64,000 nt of DNA from Styela clava (lineage: Eukaryota). Positions 38,361 to 49,213 of the stretch are shown piece after piece (within the stretch, counting starts at the first letter, position 1; each line of letters opens with the position of its first letter). The translations under genes and the position numbers were made by a program. Location of the stretch: NCBI RefSeq assembly GCF_964204865.1, contig NC_135254.1, positions 11,470,001 to 11,534,000 on the forward strand, in the 5' to 3' direction. Below the pieces are notes generated by a model. The model saw only the letters and a list, made by a program, of their open reading frames with translations. It made no database searches and was not told where the DNA came from.

Positions 38361-39797
38361 TTTATCGCCAATTCTATCCTCTCTTTTTAATCAAAGTTTT
38401 ACAGATCATGTGTATCCAGATATACTGAAAATAGCTAAGGTGATACCGCTTCATAAGAAAGGGTCTAAGCATGATCCGAATAATTATAGGCCTAGCTCCC
38501 TGCTATCACAAATTGCCAAGATTTATGAAAAATTTTTATATCATCGTCTCAAATATTATTTCGATAAACATGGAACTTTGAGCCTTTCCCAGTTTGGTTT
38601 CCGAAACAACTATCCAACTGAGCTAGCCATAGCGCGGCTCAAAGAACTGATAATAGAAAATAAGGCCAATAACAAGATCACATGTGCCATCTTTTTGGAT
38701 CTTGCGAAAGCTTTTGATACTGTTAACCACCAAATTTTACTAGTTAAATTATATCATTATGGCATTCGAGGAAAGGCATATCATCTTATTGCATCATATT
38801 TAAGTGGCCGCAAACAATATGTCCAATATGGGGATTGTATCTCTGAAATGGGCCTTATTGAATGTGGGGTCCCCCAGGGTTTCACGATTGGCCCGCTGTT
38901 ATTTCTATGCTACATAAACGATCTACCTTTGGCATCTACTTTTTAATCGATATTATTTGCCGATGATACTTCTCTGCTAAAATCAGCATCCTGTGGTTTA
39001 GAACTCCAAACTGTGGTGAATCATGAACCCCAGAAGGTCGATAATTGGCTTAAAGCGAACAAATTATCCCTAAATTATTCTAAAACTAAATTCATGTTGT
39101 TCTGTGATAAAAAGCATGCTATTTCCACATTTAGAGTTGGCATTGGCAGCAACATTATAGAACAAACAAAATCCATTAAATATTTGGGAATTACAATTGA
39201 TGACGAACTGAGTTGGAAGCCACATATTGCCGAGTTATCCAAGAAATTATCGCAAACTCTTGGAATATTTTACAGGTTGATGCATATTTTGAAATCTAAA
39301 ACATCTAAATTAGTATATTTTAGTCTATTTCACTCACGTCTGCAATATGGTCTGCTAAGTTCGGGCTCAGCATCAAGGTCTTTCTTACAGCCAGTACATG
39401 TTTTGCAAAATAAAGTTTTACGATGTATGGCATTTGCAGAGGAAGTTTGTGTAACTAATTTGCAGCTCTACTACCAGTATGAATTCCTACAGCTGTCTGA
39501 TATGCATACGCTAGAAATAGCAAAGTTCATGCATCGGTATGAAAATGACCTTGTTCCTCCTGTTTTTAAACATTATTTCACCCCATTAAAAAAGTGCATA
39601 ATCACTGCACCAGGTCCCAAAGAAACAAGGTTTTCTTTACTCCACAAGTGTCCACTGAGGTGGACAAAACATCTTTGAAATATATGGGTGTACAGGTCTG
39701 GGGCAATGCTCCACCTGAAACTAAAAAAAGTTCTGTGCATGTTTTCAGTGAGAAACTGAAAAAATATTTCCTACTGAAATATTCTAACTTGTCCTAA
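38361..39797 (+). mobile_element. 5'-truncated, decayed CR1/L2-group non-LTR retrotransposon (RT ORF2)
   Basis: NNYRPSSLL, QFGFR, FLDLAKAFDTVNH, GVPQG, LFADDT, KYLGITID. In-frame stop at 38944-38946 and a frameshift near 39594. Confidence 0.93.
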
Positions 39798-40149
39798 TAT
39801 CTGTTAATTAATATGCCTTTATAACTATGTTGAAAACTGCATTATATAAATTACTACATTAATATAAATTTAACTGTTTCATATAAATACTGCACACTGA
39901 GGGTCATAGCCTTTTTTTCCAACTCATGTATGTATAAAATAGAATTGCTGTCCTCTTCTCTTTCATTGGCATCAATTTGATGATTACTATGTTCGACTTT
40001 AAAAGCAGTTGTTATTGATATTTCTATCTTTTGAATTATTGCTAAACATGTGATAATATGATTGGCTCATTGTTATTTTTTTATTTCTCCATGTAATTGA
40101 GTATAAAATCTTGCTCCCTTGATCCATATAGTACTGTCTGATATACTGT

Positions 40150-40860
40150 AATTACCTTTTTTATGTCATTAAAAGTTATTGTGGTATTACTGATGAACTG
40201 CATAGTTATTGCATATTTAATTGTGGATCATATATTAATATTCTAGTTCCAAGTATGCATAAATACTTATAAATGATAGTAGCCCATTTGTTAATTAATT
40301 TAATAACCTTTATATATTGTGAAAAGGTGATTAACTGCAATAATATCAACTGTGGATCATATATTAACTACTATTCTATTTCTCAAGTATGTATTAATAC
40401 CCAAGAATGTTGGTAGCCACTTTTAATTCAATAACCTTTTTATATTGTTAAAAATCATTTTGTAAAAAGTGATGAACTGTTTTATTAATTGCATATTTAA
40501 TTGTAGATCAAGTATCAACATTTCATTTCTCAAGTATGTATCAATACTTATGAATGTCGGTAGCCAATATACAGTATTCAGTGATTGTCACTGTCTCTTT
40601 TCATTCTTGGTTTCATTTCATAAATTATCTTTATAAGCTACTATATTGTTAGAATTTATTGTGTAATGAGTGATGAAATGTATATTTACATTAATATTCA
40701 AGTCCATTTCAAATAATGACCTCCTTATATTGTAAAACCCTCTATGTAGCAAGTGAGATGTATATTTAATTGTGAATCATATAATAATATTCCAGTTCCT
40801 TTTTGAATATGTATAGATACTTATGAATATTGGTAGCAACTATACAATATTCAGTGATCA
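40150..40860. repeat. Degenerate AT-rich tandem repeat, 4-5 units of ~130-150 bp
   Basis: Recurring TAACCTTT..TATATTGT..GTGATGAACTG..TATTTAATTGTGGATCATAT..CAAGTATG..AATACTTATGAATG.TGGTAGCC at about 40150, 40303, 40431, 40640 (partial) and 40715. Confidence 0.7.
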
Positions 40861-40907
40861 ATACAATTTTTTTCCCTGTATTCTTCTCGTGAACTAATTA
40901 AGGTGTC

Positions 40908-41183
40908 AAACGAGAATATCGGTCGGAGACCAAAGACTTATCGATCAAAACTGCGGTTTCGATTCATGACTCTATAGTGACACCGTGTGTCCAAACACCA
41001 ATTAATTAATAGCTCCCTAATTATACAACATAACTCGACCAAAATCAATAGCCATCTGGTCCGTGATATGATGAACGCACATGCAGAATTGGGTGGAGAT
41101 TAAACCCCGCTTTCTTGAGATATCGCTTGCATCTAACAGACAGACAAACAGACAAAGATCGATAAACAAGATCAACAAGTAAT
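40908..41183 (-). mobile_element. DINE-1/HINE-like element
   Basis: Homologous to the 11835-12133 copy: GACTTATCGATC sub-TIR next to a GGTC-GGA-GACC stem-loop, and (CAGA)n. Confidence 0.7.
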
Positions 41184-41392
41184 GATATTTTTACATCATG
41201 CACATTTACTGAATCTGTGATAATATTATTTTTCGTCCATTTTTATTTTGATCCCGGCCTGTGTCCAATAACAAAAATTATGCTTTTTTCCTCCTTGACG
41301 ACTGACTCCGGTTTGGCTTCTGTTGTGTTCTGTTCTGTTGTTGCCCACTGGTTGTTTCTATTTCAGTGTTTCAGTTTTTTCACTTGTTTTCC

Positions 41393-41920
41393 TCACTGTG
41401 TTGCTGACTTCTCTGGTTTACTTTCTCCTTGGGTTCGCCTGCCGCTGGCTCCTCTGGGCTCTCCTGTCCTCTGGCTCCTATTTTCTCCTGCCCATCACTT
41501 TCCTCTGGCTGGCTCCTTCTGAGCACTGTGTTGCTGACTTCTCTGGTTTACTTTCTCCTTGGGTTCATCTGCCGCTGGCTCCTCTGGGCTCTCCTGCCCA
41601 TCACTGGTTTCACTTTCCTTGGTTCGCCTGCTGCTGGCTCCTCTGGGGTTCTCCTGTCCTCTGGCTCCTATTTTCTCCTCGATCTTGCTTTCCTTGGACT
41701 GCTGCTGGCTCCTCTGGGCACTGCTGCCCATCACTGGTTTCACTTTCCTCGGTTTGCCTGCTGCTGGCTCCTCTGACTTCTCTGGTTTACTTTCCTTGGT
41801 TCGCCTGCTGCTGGCTCCTTTGGGCACTGCTGCCTATGACGGGTTTCACTTTCCTTGGTTCGCCTGCTGCTGGCTCCTTTGGGCTCTCCTGTCCTCTGGC
41901 TCCTATTTTCTCCTCGATCA
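41393..41920. repeat. GC-rich, pyrimidine-skewed modular minisatellite
   Basis: Shuffled modules GCCTGCTGCTGGCTCCTCTGGG, CTCCTGTCCTCTGGCTCCTATTTTCTCCT, GCCCATCACTGGTTTCACTTTCC and CTGACTTCTCTGGTTTACTTTC. Confidence 0.85.
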
Positions 41921-44900
41921 CCTTCCCGTCTGTTGGTTCATCCACAGCTCGGTCTACCCTGCGGGGTTCGAACCCTTACTGATACCTGGCCTGATGTTTG
42001 ACTATGTCTGTACGCTTCCCCTGCGCCACGGCTACTGACGAGTACCGGGCGGATCAGAATCTTACTTAATTAACATCGTCACGCATGACAGCCGACGACG
42101 AGGTTAATTAACCCAAGAAATACATTATACTCATACTGCGTTGTTTCGCAGTAGGTGTAATCATGCCTAGATGATGCTCTGCTTTAACTCTTGGATGTGT
42201 GAATATTTGAGAAAATAGTAGGCTATGATTTATCGTTTTCAATCGTTGTTCATTTTAGATTACTTATTTTCGAAAAAAATGCGTAATTATGCAATCATCG
42301 GCGATAAGATGTGTAAGTCAAGTTAACGAATTAATCCGCAATCCAAATTTCTGACTGTCAGTGGAGGAATAACGGTTCATTAATTGTATCCTTTCTATCT
42401 TTTGTGCTAACTGACCGATTTTGCTCTGGTTTACTGTTTTAAAATTTATAACACATCTCTTTTCATGTTAAATTTGCTTTGCGAGCTGTACTCGCAAATA
42501 ACCTGTTATATAGAATAAATAAGACACCAAGTCCGAAATGAACATTTTGTGGGAGACGTGTCGAAACTGTGTTACATTTATTTTATTTCTTTGAATTTGC
42601 AGAACAATTTTGGAATGTGGCTGACCGTTGAATATGATTGAAGCGTGATTTGACACACATATATATAGGGGGCATCGGTCGTGTTATTCTGTGCGTTATC
42701 ACCGTATCGATATAAACATCGCCAGACTTTTTTCGTCTTTACCATATATTTTTTTTGGTTATCGCTGATACTGATAAATACGAATTTGTAATTATTATTG
42801 ATTGCAAATCAGTAAGGCGTATTTCTTTCCCTCCATTCCTGACTCAATCACTTTTATTAAACAAATCACAGCGCATTGAAAAGAAAATTAGAATTTATTA
42901 ACAATAATTTACAACGAGGTAGGGGTAAGATTTAACCGACGGCTATCGCTAACAGGTTAAAACGATAAATGTAAGAATTTTTCGTTTTCTTTTTGCGCCT
43001 ATCATATTTTTCAATTTCTAATTTTGCATAAAGCGCGCCCATACCGTTTTTTGTAAGTTTAGAATTGTCGAACCAGATAAGTACGACTGGTAAATATTGT
43101 ATTCTAAGGAAATTTTACGAGATATAGGGGACTGGGAGAAATATTATTTTGACCACGTAGAAATGCCAATATTGCCAATTTTTCTAAGTGGGTAGTATCA
43201 GTGTTTTATTCCAAAGCTGAGTTACGTGAATACTCAACACTGATTATTCAAAAGATTACTAATTTGCGGAGTTTTTAATTATTATTATTATTTAATACGA
43301 AAGTAACACGGACACGATATAAAATCGAAAGCATAAAAAAGTCAAATATCATCTTTATAAATATCGCATTCCGGGGTGAGTAATACTGTTCGCTTAAAAT
43401 TGGGACCTCAATTTACAAACTGTGATACAAGTCCTACATAAAAGATAAAAAACCAGCATAAAATTAATTTGTGTGCACTCCTTAATAATTGTCTCTGACA
43501 TCGTCGCCGATGTGAAACCAATTTTCTGTCCAAAAAATAAAAACCAAACTACGATATCCGCCGTTGCATGAGAATTAATATTTACTAGAGAATAAAAAGT
43601 GCTTCAATATAGTTTATCAGCATTAATTGGGATGTCAAGCCGCCGAAAGGATCGCGGTTACAAAAATATTTACTGCGGCCTTGGATTATGACAAAATTAA
43701 AAAATAAAAAACGCCGCATTGTTACGATATTTTCAGTCTTCAGTCAAATTCCGAAAAATTAAAAATTTGTCACGGCGATCGTTTCGCCGGCCGGCATTCC
43801 AATCGCGGTTGTTTGAAATGACAATACTCATTATTCAGTGTTGAGTTTGTTGAAAATATTCGAATATTTCGACTAAATAAATATTTGCCCACAACTAATC
43901 ACGGCGCATGTTAATAATAATCATTGAATGCCGATTAAAAATCAACTTGTTTGACATTAAATTCCAAGTAATAGTTTCACATTTAATGCATTCGATCGGC
44001 GCTACATGCGAGTGTGTTTTTGTACTTAAATATGAAAGATTTTGACGCTACTGACATCCGCAAGTTATACTTCTCTCCCAAATTAATTTTCACGACTTCT
44101 AATGTTTTATTTTTAAATGCGGGTACCGCTGACCACGGATTAATTAATGGTCGATATTTAAAATTAGGACTTGCAAAATATTCACTATAAACCGCCAGGT
44201 AAAGAACGGCGGGCTACATGTAACTTTGGAATTTAGCTGTGATCGACGCATTTTTTTCAGCTTATTAATCGCCTTACGTCGCCGTGAATTGACCCCCTCC
44301 CCGGTTGGAAAAATCTTGGCTGCGCCCATGTCGGTATTTATCCGATATCAACCCGGCTATATTCCGGCACTGATAAACCATGTCATAATTTGTCACCCAT
44401 GTCATCAATAACCAAAAATGTCGTGCGTGCTATTACCAGAAAGCCTATGTTGCTGAATGAAAGTGCGACACACGGTTTTACTCAGGTATCTTTATCTGGC
44501 CCTCCTGTATTAAAGGTTGCACACGCTTAGTTTAAACTACTTAAATCGCTGTACCGGAAAGTGCTTTGCAGCCTAGTAAGTATGAAATGTTCCGCCGCAG
44601 CACTTTTTTAAACTATGGTAGTTTCTGCAAACGTGTTGTTGCGCAAGTATCCACCACAAATAAATGAAATGTAGTGTTCAGTAATCGTCATACACAGTGC
44701 TGTGGAAATTTCAAGAAATACGACAATAGTTATATTTAAATTGCGCATGGTTAGATAGAGCAAGTTAGGTTAGATCGATCCAGTATTAGTTATCGAAATG
44801 AATTCGGAAAGCAGAAGAAAACAGTTCTTCATATGCATTTCGTCCAGATATTTATATATATATATATATATATTTCGTTTCCCTCATAAACAGTTGCCGG

Positions 44901-45253
44901 GATTATTCGCTCCTTAAAAAAAAACGACTTTTTCAGTGAGACTCTTCTGTGGCGTTTAATATTCAATCCATGGTAATTACCTTAATTGTGTCTAACGTAA
45001 CTCGCGTGGCGACATTTAAATACATTACTACTTTAAAAAAAATGTAATATGTGGACATAAACACATGAGATAAACTGTCTAACTGTCTAAGGTATCTTTG
45101 CAATCTCGTTAATTTGTTATCGCCATTAGGAATCCGTATTTTTGCCATTTTGCGAATTAGAGAAATCTATACTTGTAACACCGATCCGTTCAATCGCAAT
45201 GCTGCCACTCGGATTATTTTTAAGATATACCCGTCATATTCTCGAATGCATCA

Positions 45254-45582
45254 CTCAACGGGCTAAGCGTTAGGAGTACGCTCACCACCGCACCTCTAAT
45301 TACTCTGCGTGGGTTCGCAGGTTCGAATCCCATGCAGGGATGGTTATGTGCGAGAGGATTGCTGGACTCCTCGCCGTCGTTGGGTGGTTCACGTAACCGC
45401 TGGTCGGTTACGGCTTCCTCCACCACCAAGTCCATGCTTCCGAAAACAAAACAATACAGTATAACTAATCCCATACCCGACTTGGAATGGTAACCGGACG
45501 AGAGGCTGTGGTTCGCCATATGGATAAGCCGTCGTATTGGCTTTCCTCTCCCCCGGGATAAATATGTATATCCTATCCTATC
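45254..45582 (+). mobile_element. tRNA-derived SINE, slightly 5'-truncated
   Basis: Nearly identical to the 6616 copy, with a TCCTATCCTATC tail. Confidence 0.9.
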
Positions 45583-46039
45583 AAATAGTTTTATAATTAA
45601 AGTTTTATAATTAAATGCAAAAAATAGCTCTAAAAGGGGAATGGGATAGGACGACTTTATTACATGGTAAACCTTGGCTTTTGGTGTGGGTCTAGTTCAT
45701 GTTTTTATTCTTTTGTTTTACAATCATTTTGAAGCCCAATTTGAGAATGATTTCTATGACAATATATAACAAAACGACAAAAAGGGCTAGTGTTGGCAAC
45801 CATGCCTAAAAATCTGTCTAGGCGAAAAAATGTGGAGCCCTCTGCGTCTGAATCATGGGGAATATACTGATTATAATCCGTTTGTATTTATCTCCAATCT
45901 TAAAGTTTTTAGTAAGGTTACAATGTACGAATAAATATAACTGTAACTAATAACTGTTTTTTTTAACATATATTCAAAGTATATTCATCGTCTCCAAAAA
46001 TCATAAAAATTGGTAATACGACCACTGACTCACCAAACT

Positions 46040-46226
46040 CTTTGCACCGCTATAACGGTAATTTTCAAAACGGCTGTGCAGGGTTCGCGCTGTCAACAGG
46101 CGGTGCAACGCGTAAACTGCAGAAACTATGCGGCTTATTTGAATCGACGGCGAATCGTTACCGTATTCAGTCGTTATAATTTTTGCTTCAGCTAGACTAG
46201 TTAGTTCTATGTCACAAAATGTGAGT
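46040..46226 (+). promoter_or_regulatory. Putative promoter and first exon upstream of KCNAB/CEP350
   Basis: CpG-rich patch, then ATG TCA CAA AAT followed by consensus donor GTGAGT (46221), with three TACCGGTA palindromes just downstream. Confidence 0.45.
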
Positions 46227-46858
46227 TATGGATATAGACATAGTTTAGAATAACTGGAACTGTAAACTGGTATGTAGACAGGCATTTAAATACGGTACCG
46301 GTAAAGATATAGGTCTGTAGGTGTTGCATAATATTCAGAATATTACAGTATTGGTACCGGTATACTACTGTCATTGCTGCATTAAACCGTGAATATATTA
46401 AACTACAGAACTAAGTTACATATAACCCATATACCGGTATACAGATTTAGTGTTTCTGTCTGTCTGTGTTTACAGGTTTACTGAGTTTAAAAGTTTTTAG
46501 AATTGATTTTAGGTCATGGATTTGCTGACTTTGGTCATCAAATTTTTTTATTTTGTGGCATACAAAAAATTTGAAAAATCATTCTACTCATATTACAAAA
46601 CAATGTTATTATAGTATTAATAAATCATTCCTGCATTTATTCTACAAACTTATTGTTAACAATATGCCTGTTTTTTAGAGTAACGGAGATTAAATTAGCA
46701 AAGAACTTTCACATTTCAGTAGCGCACAGTTCCCTGATTCCAAGATGTCTCGACATTTGGTTCAATATGACAAACACTCAATTTGTAACAAAAATGAGGG
46801 TGCCTGGTGTACATTTTTCATATTTTCTTTTCAATCCGTTCATTAGTCACATAGAAAA

Positions 46859-47824
46859 ATGCTATATAGAAATCTTGGAAAATCTGGCTTGAAAGTTTCA
46901 GTCATAGGTTTGGGGACATGGGCGACTTTTGGAGGTCAAATTAATGAAGATCTTGCAACACAAATTGCAACAGTTGCATATGAGAATGGTGTGAATGTAT
47001 TTGACACAGCTGAAGTATATGCAGGTGGAAAAGCAGAGATTGTTCTTGGCAATATTTTGAAGAAAAAGAGATGGCGTCGTTCGAGTTATATTATCATGAC
47101 AAAAATTTATTGGGGTGGAACAGCTCCCACGGAAGTTGGATTATCACGAAAACATATAATTGAAGGACTTAATAGTTCTTTGCAAAGGCTTCAATTGGAT
47201 TATGTTGATGTCGTATTCGCTAATCAATTTGACGATGCTACACCAGTTGAAGAAGTTGTTCGTACGTTTACATTCTTAGTTAATCAAGGAAAAGCAATGT
47301 ATTGGGGCACGTCAAGGTGGTCTTCGACACAAATTATGGAGGCTCATTCAATTGCAAAAGAATTCAATCTTATACCACCAGTTGTTGAACAATCAGAATA
47401 TCATTTCTTTCAACGAGAAAAAGTTGAGTGGGAATTGCCCTATTTATATGACAAGAAAAACATGGGAATAATGACGTGGTCTCCACTTGCTTCTGGAATA
47501 ATAACAGGAAAATATAGTGATTCAATACCATCGCAGTCAAGAGCAAATTGGAGGGGATTTTCTTGGTTAAAAGATAAAATAATCAGTGATGAAGGTCGGC
47601 GACAACAAGCGAAACTTGTTGAAGCAAGAATTGTATCAGATCGTCTTGGATGTACACTTGCACAATTAGCTATTGCTTGGTGTTTACGTCTTGCTATGAA
47701 CAGCTCTGTATTAATTGGAGTATCAACCATAGAACAAATTTATGAGAATCTTAATGCAATCAAAATTCTCCCATTAATCACTGATGAAATATCTAACGAA
47801 TTGGACAAGATTCTTTTAAAATAA
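46859..47824 (+). CDS. KCNAB: Voltage-gated K+ channel beta subunit (AKR6 aldo-keto reductase fold), whole domain in one exon
   Basis: [84 protein letters not shown] Asp/Tyr/Lys/Asn residues are present. Confidence 0.96.
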   Translation: MLYRNLGKSGLKVSVIGLGTWATFGGQINEDLATQIATVAYENGVNVFDTAEVYAGGKAEIVLGNILKKKRWRRSSYIIMTKIYWGGTAPTEVGLSRKHIIEGLNSSLQRLQLDYVDVVFANQFDDATPVEEVVRTFTFLVNQGKAMYWGTSRWSSTQIMEAHSIAKEFNLIPPVVEQSEYHFFQREKVEWELPYLYDKKNMGIMTWSPLASGIITGKYSDSIPSQSRANWRGFSWLKDKIISDEGRRQQAKLVEARIVSDRLGCTLAQLAIAWCLRLAMNSSVLIGVSTIEQIYENLNAIKILPLITDEISNELDKILLK

Positions 47825-49213
47825 ATCTGCTTATTTGCCCTTGTTCAGATATGGGCATTCAATACCTCAGATGTTCTTTGCGTCGGGACTTTTAAAAACC
47901 CTATTTTTGATGGTGTGAGGTAGTAAGTGAAATGAATGATGATCATGCATTACATATGATTTGATCTGAACTTTTATTGACTATATTTAGAGTGACATAA
48001 ATGTGATTAGATAACATATAGAATTGTTTCTTGCCACATTCTTCTTTATAGTCAACTCTAGTTTAAGTCAGTGTAAGGGTCTGATATAAAATTATTCAAA
48101 AATTGCATGAACAGGAAATGAAAACAATACCAGAAAATATAGAAATCAACCATTCATTGCTGTGACAGTAAGCGGTAAAAATTGATAGTATGAGATTCAA
48201 TATTTGCTTTTAGACTGTTCATTTTATCATAAAATCCGTATATTCGAAAGTAGCACTGTTATTATTGTTTTTGATCTGTAAGATATGAACAAAATTTGGT
48301 GAAATATTCAGTCAGCGTCAGTTATTTGAGCAAATATTACCGTTTTCAAATAGATGAAATCTTTTTTTGTGTTTTCTAATGTTCCATTGTCCCAATACAG
48401 TCAAATAGAAAAAATGTTGTCAAACAATGGATAAAGTAAATATCAAAATTTTATGGCCTGTTGTCACAAAATTTACGAGCTCCCACAAACTTCTTTAAAT
48501 TCATAGTAAGAGCAAAATGAGACAATTACCAAATTTTATCATGATTAATTGTAATTTTAACATCAGAGCATTTTTTGCATAATTCACTAAATTTACTCCT
48601 GAAATTTAAATTACTTTTGTGTAGTTATTCAACTGATAGATCTAACGGCACTCTTAAATAAACATGTTTTGAAATGGCATAATAAAACCATTTAAATCCA
48701 TTGTGTCATTGTGAGAAGAAAGCGAATAAAATTGCCTTACTATGACGAATTGAATACAGACAATGTGAAATGTATTAGGGTTTTGAGGAAAGCATTTTTC
48801 TCAACAACTACTAGATCAAATCAAATTCAAATTTTCAGTCATTGAAGAGGGAGTATGCCACTAAATATCTGCTTTTTTTAAATTTTCTCGAGAGCCCTAT
48901 GAAGTCCAATAATCATTTTCTTGGTTCTTTCAATTCATTTTACACCGTTATGTAGTATTTGGTACAAGTTTTTTTAACAATAGGCTGGAATTTTACTAAC
49001 ATATTAGTCATGTGAGCTTCGTGGCCACACAATTGAACATTGCTCTTTCGACTATATTTGTATATACCGTACATAGGCTATGCATATTTATATCGAATTT
49101 TGTGATAAAAAATTTATTTTTTGTAGAAAAACTACCATTTAATTACTCGTAAGTAATTATGTAAAATATTTTTAATGTTGTGACAACTGACAAGTGTAAT
49201 ATTCACATAGGAG

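Noticed and set aside
41217-42038. Hydrophobic 100-219-aa ORFs
   Set aside because: Open frames follow from the A-poor minisatellite composition, with no recognisable domain.
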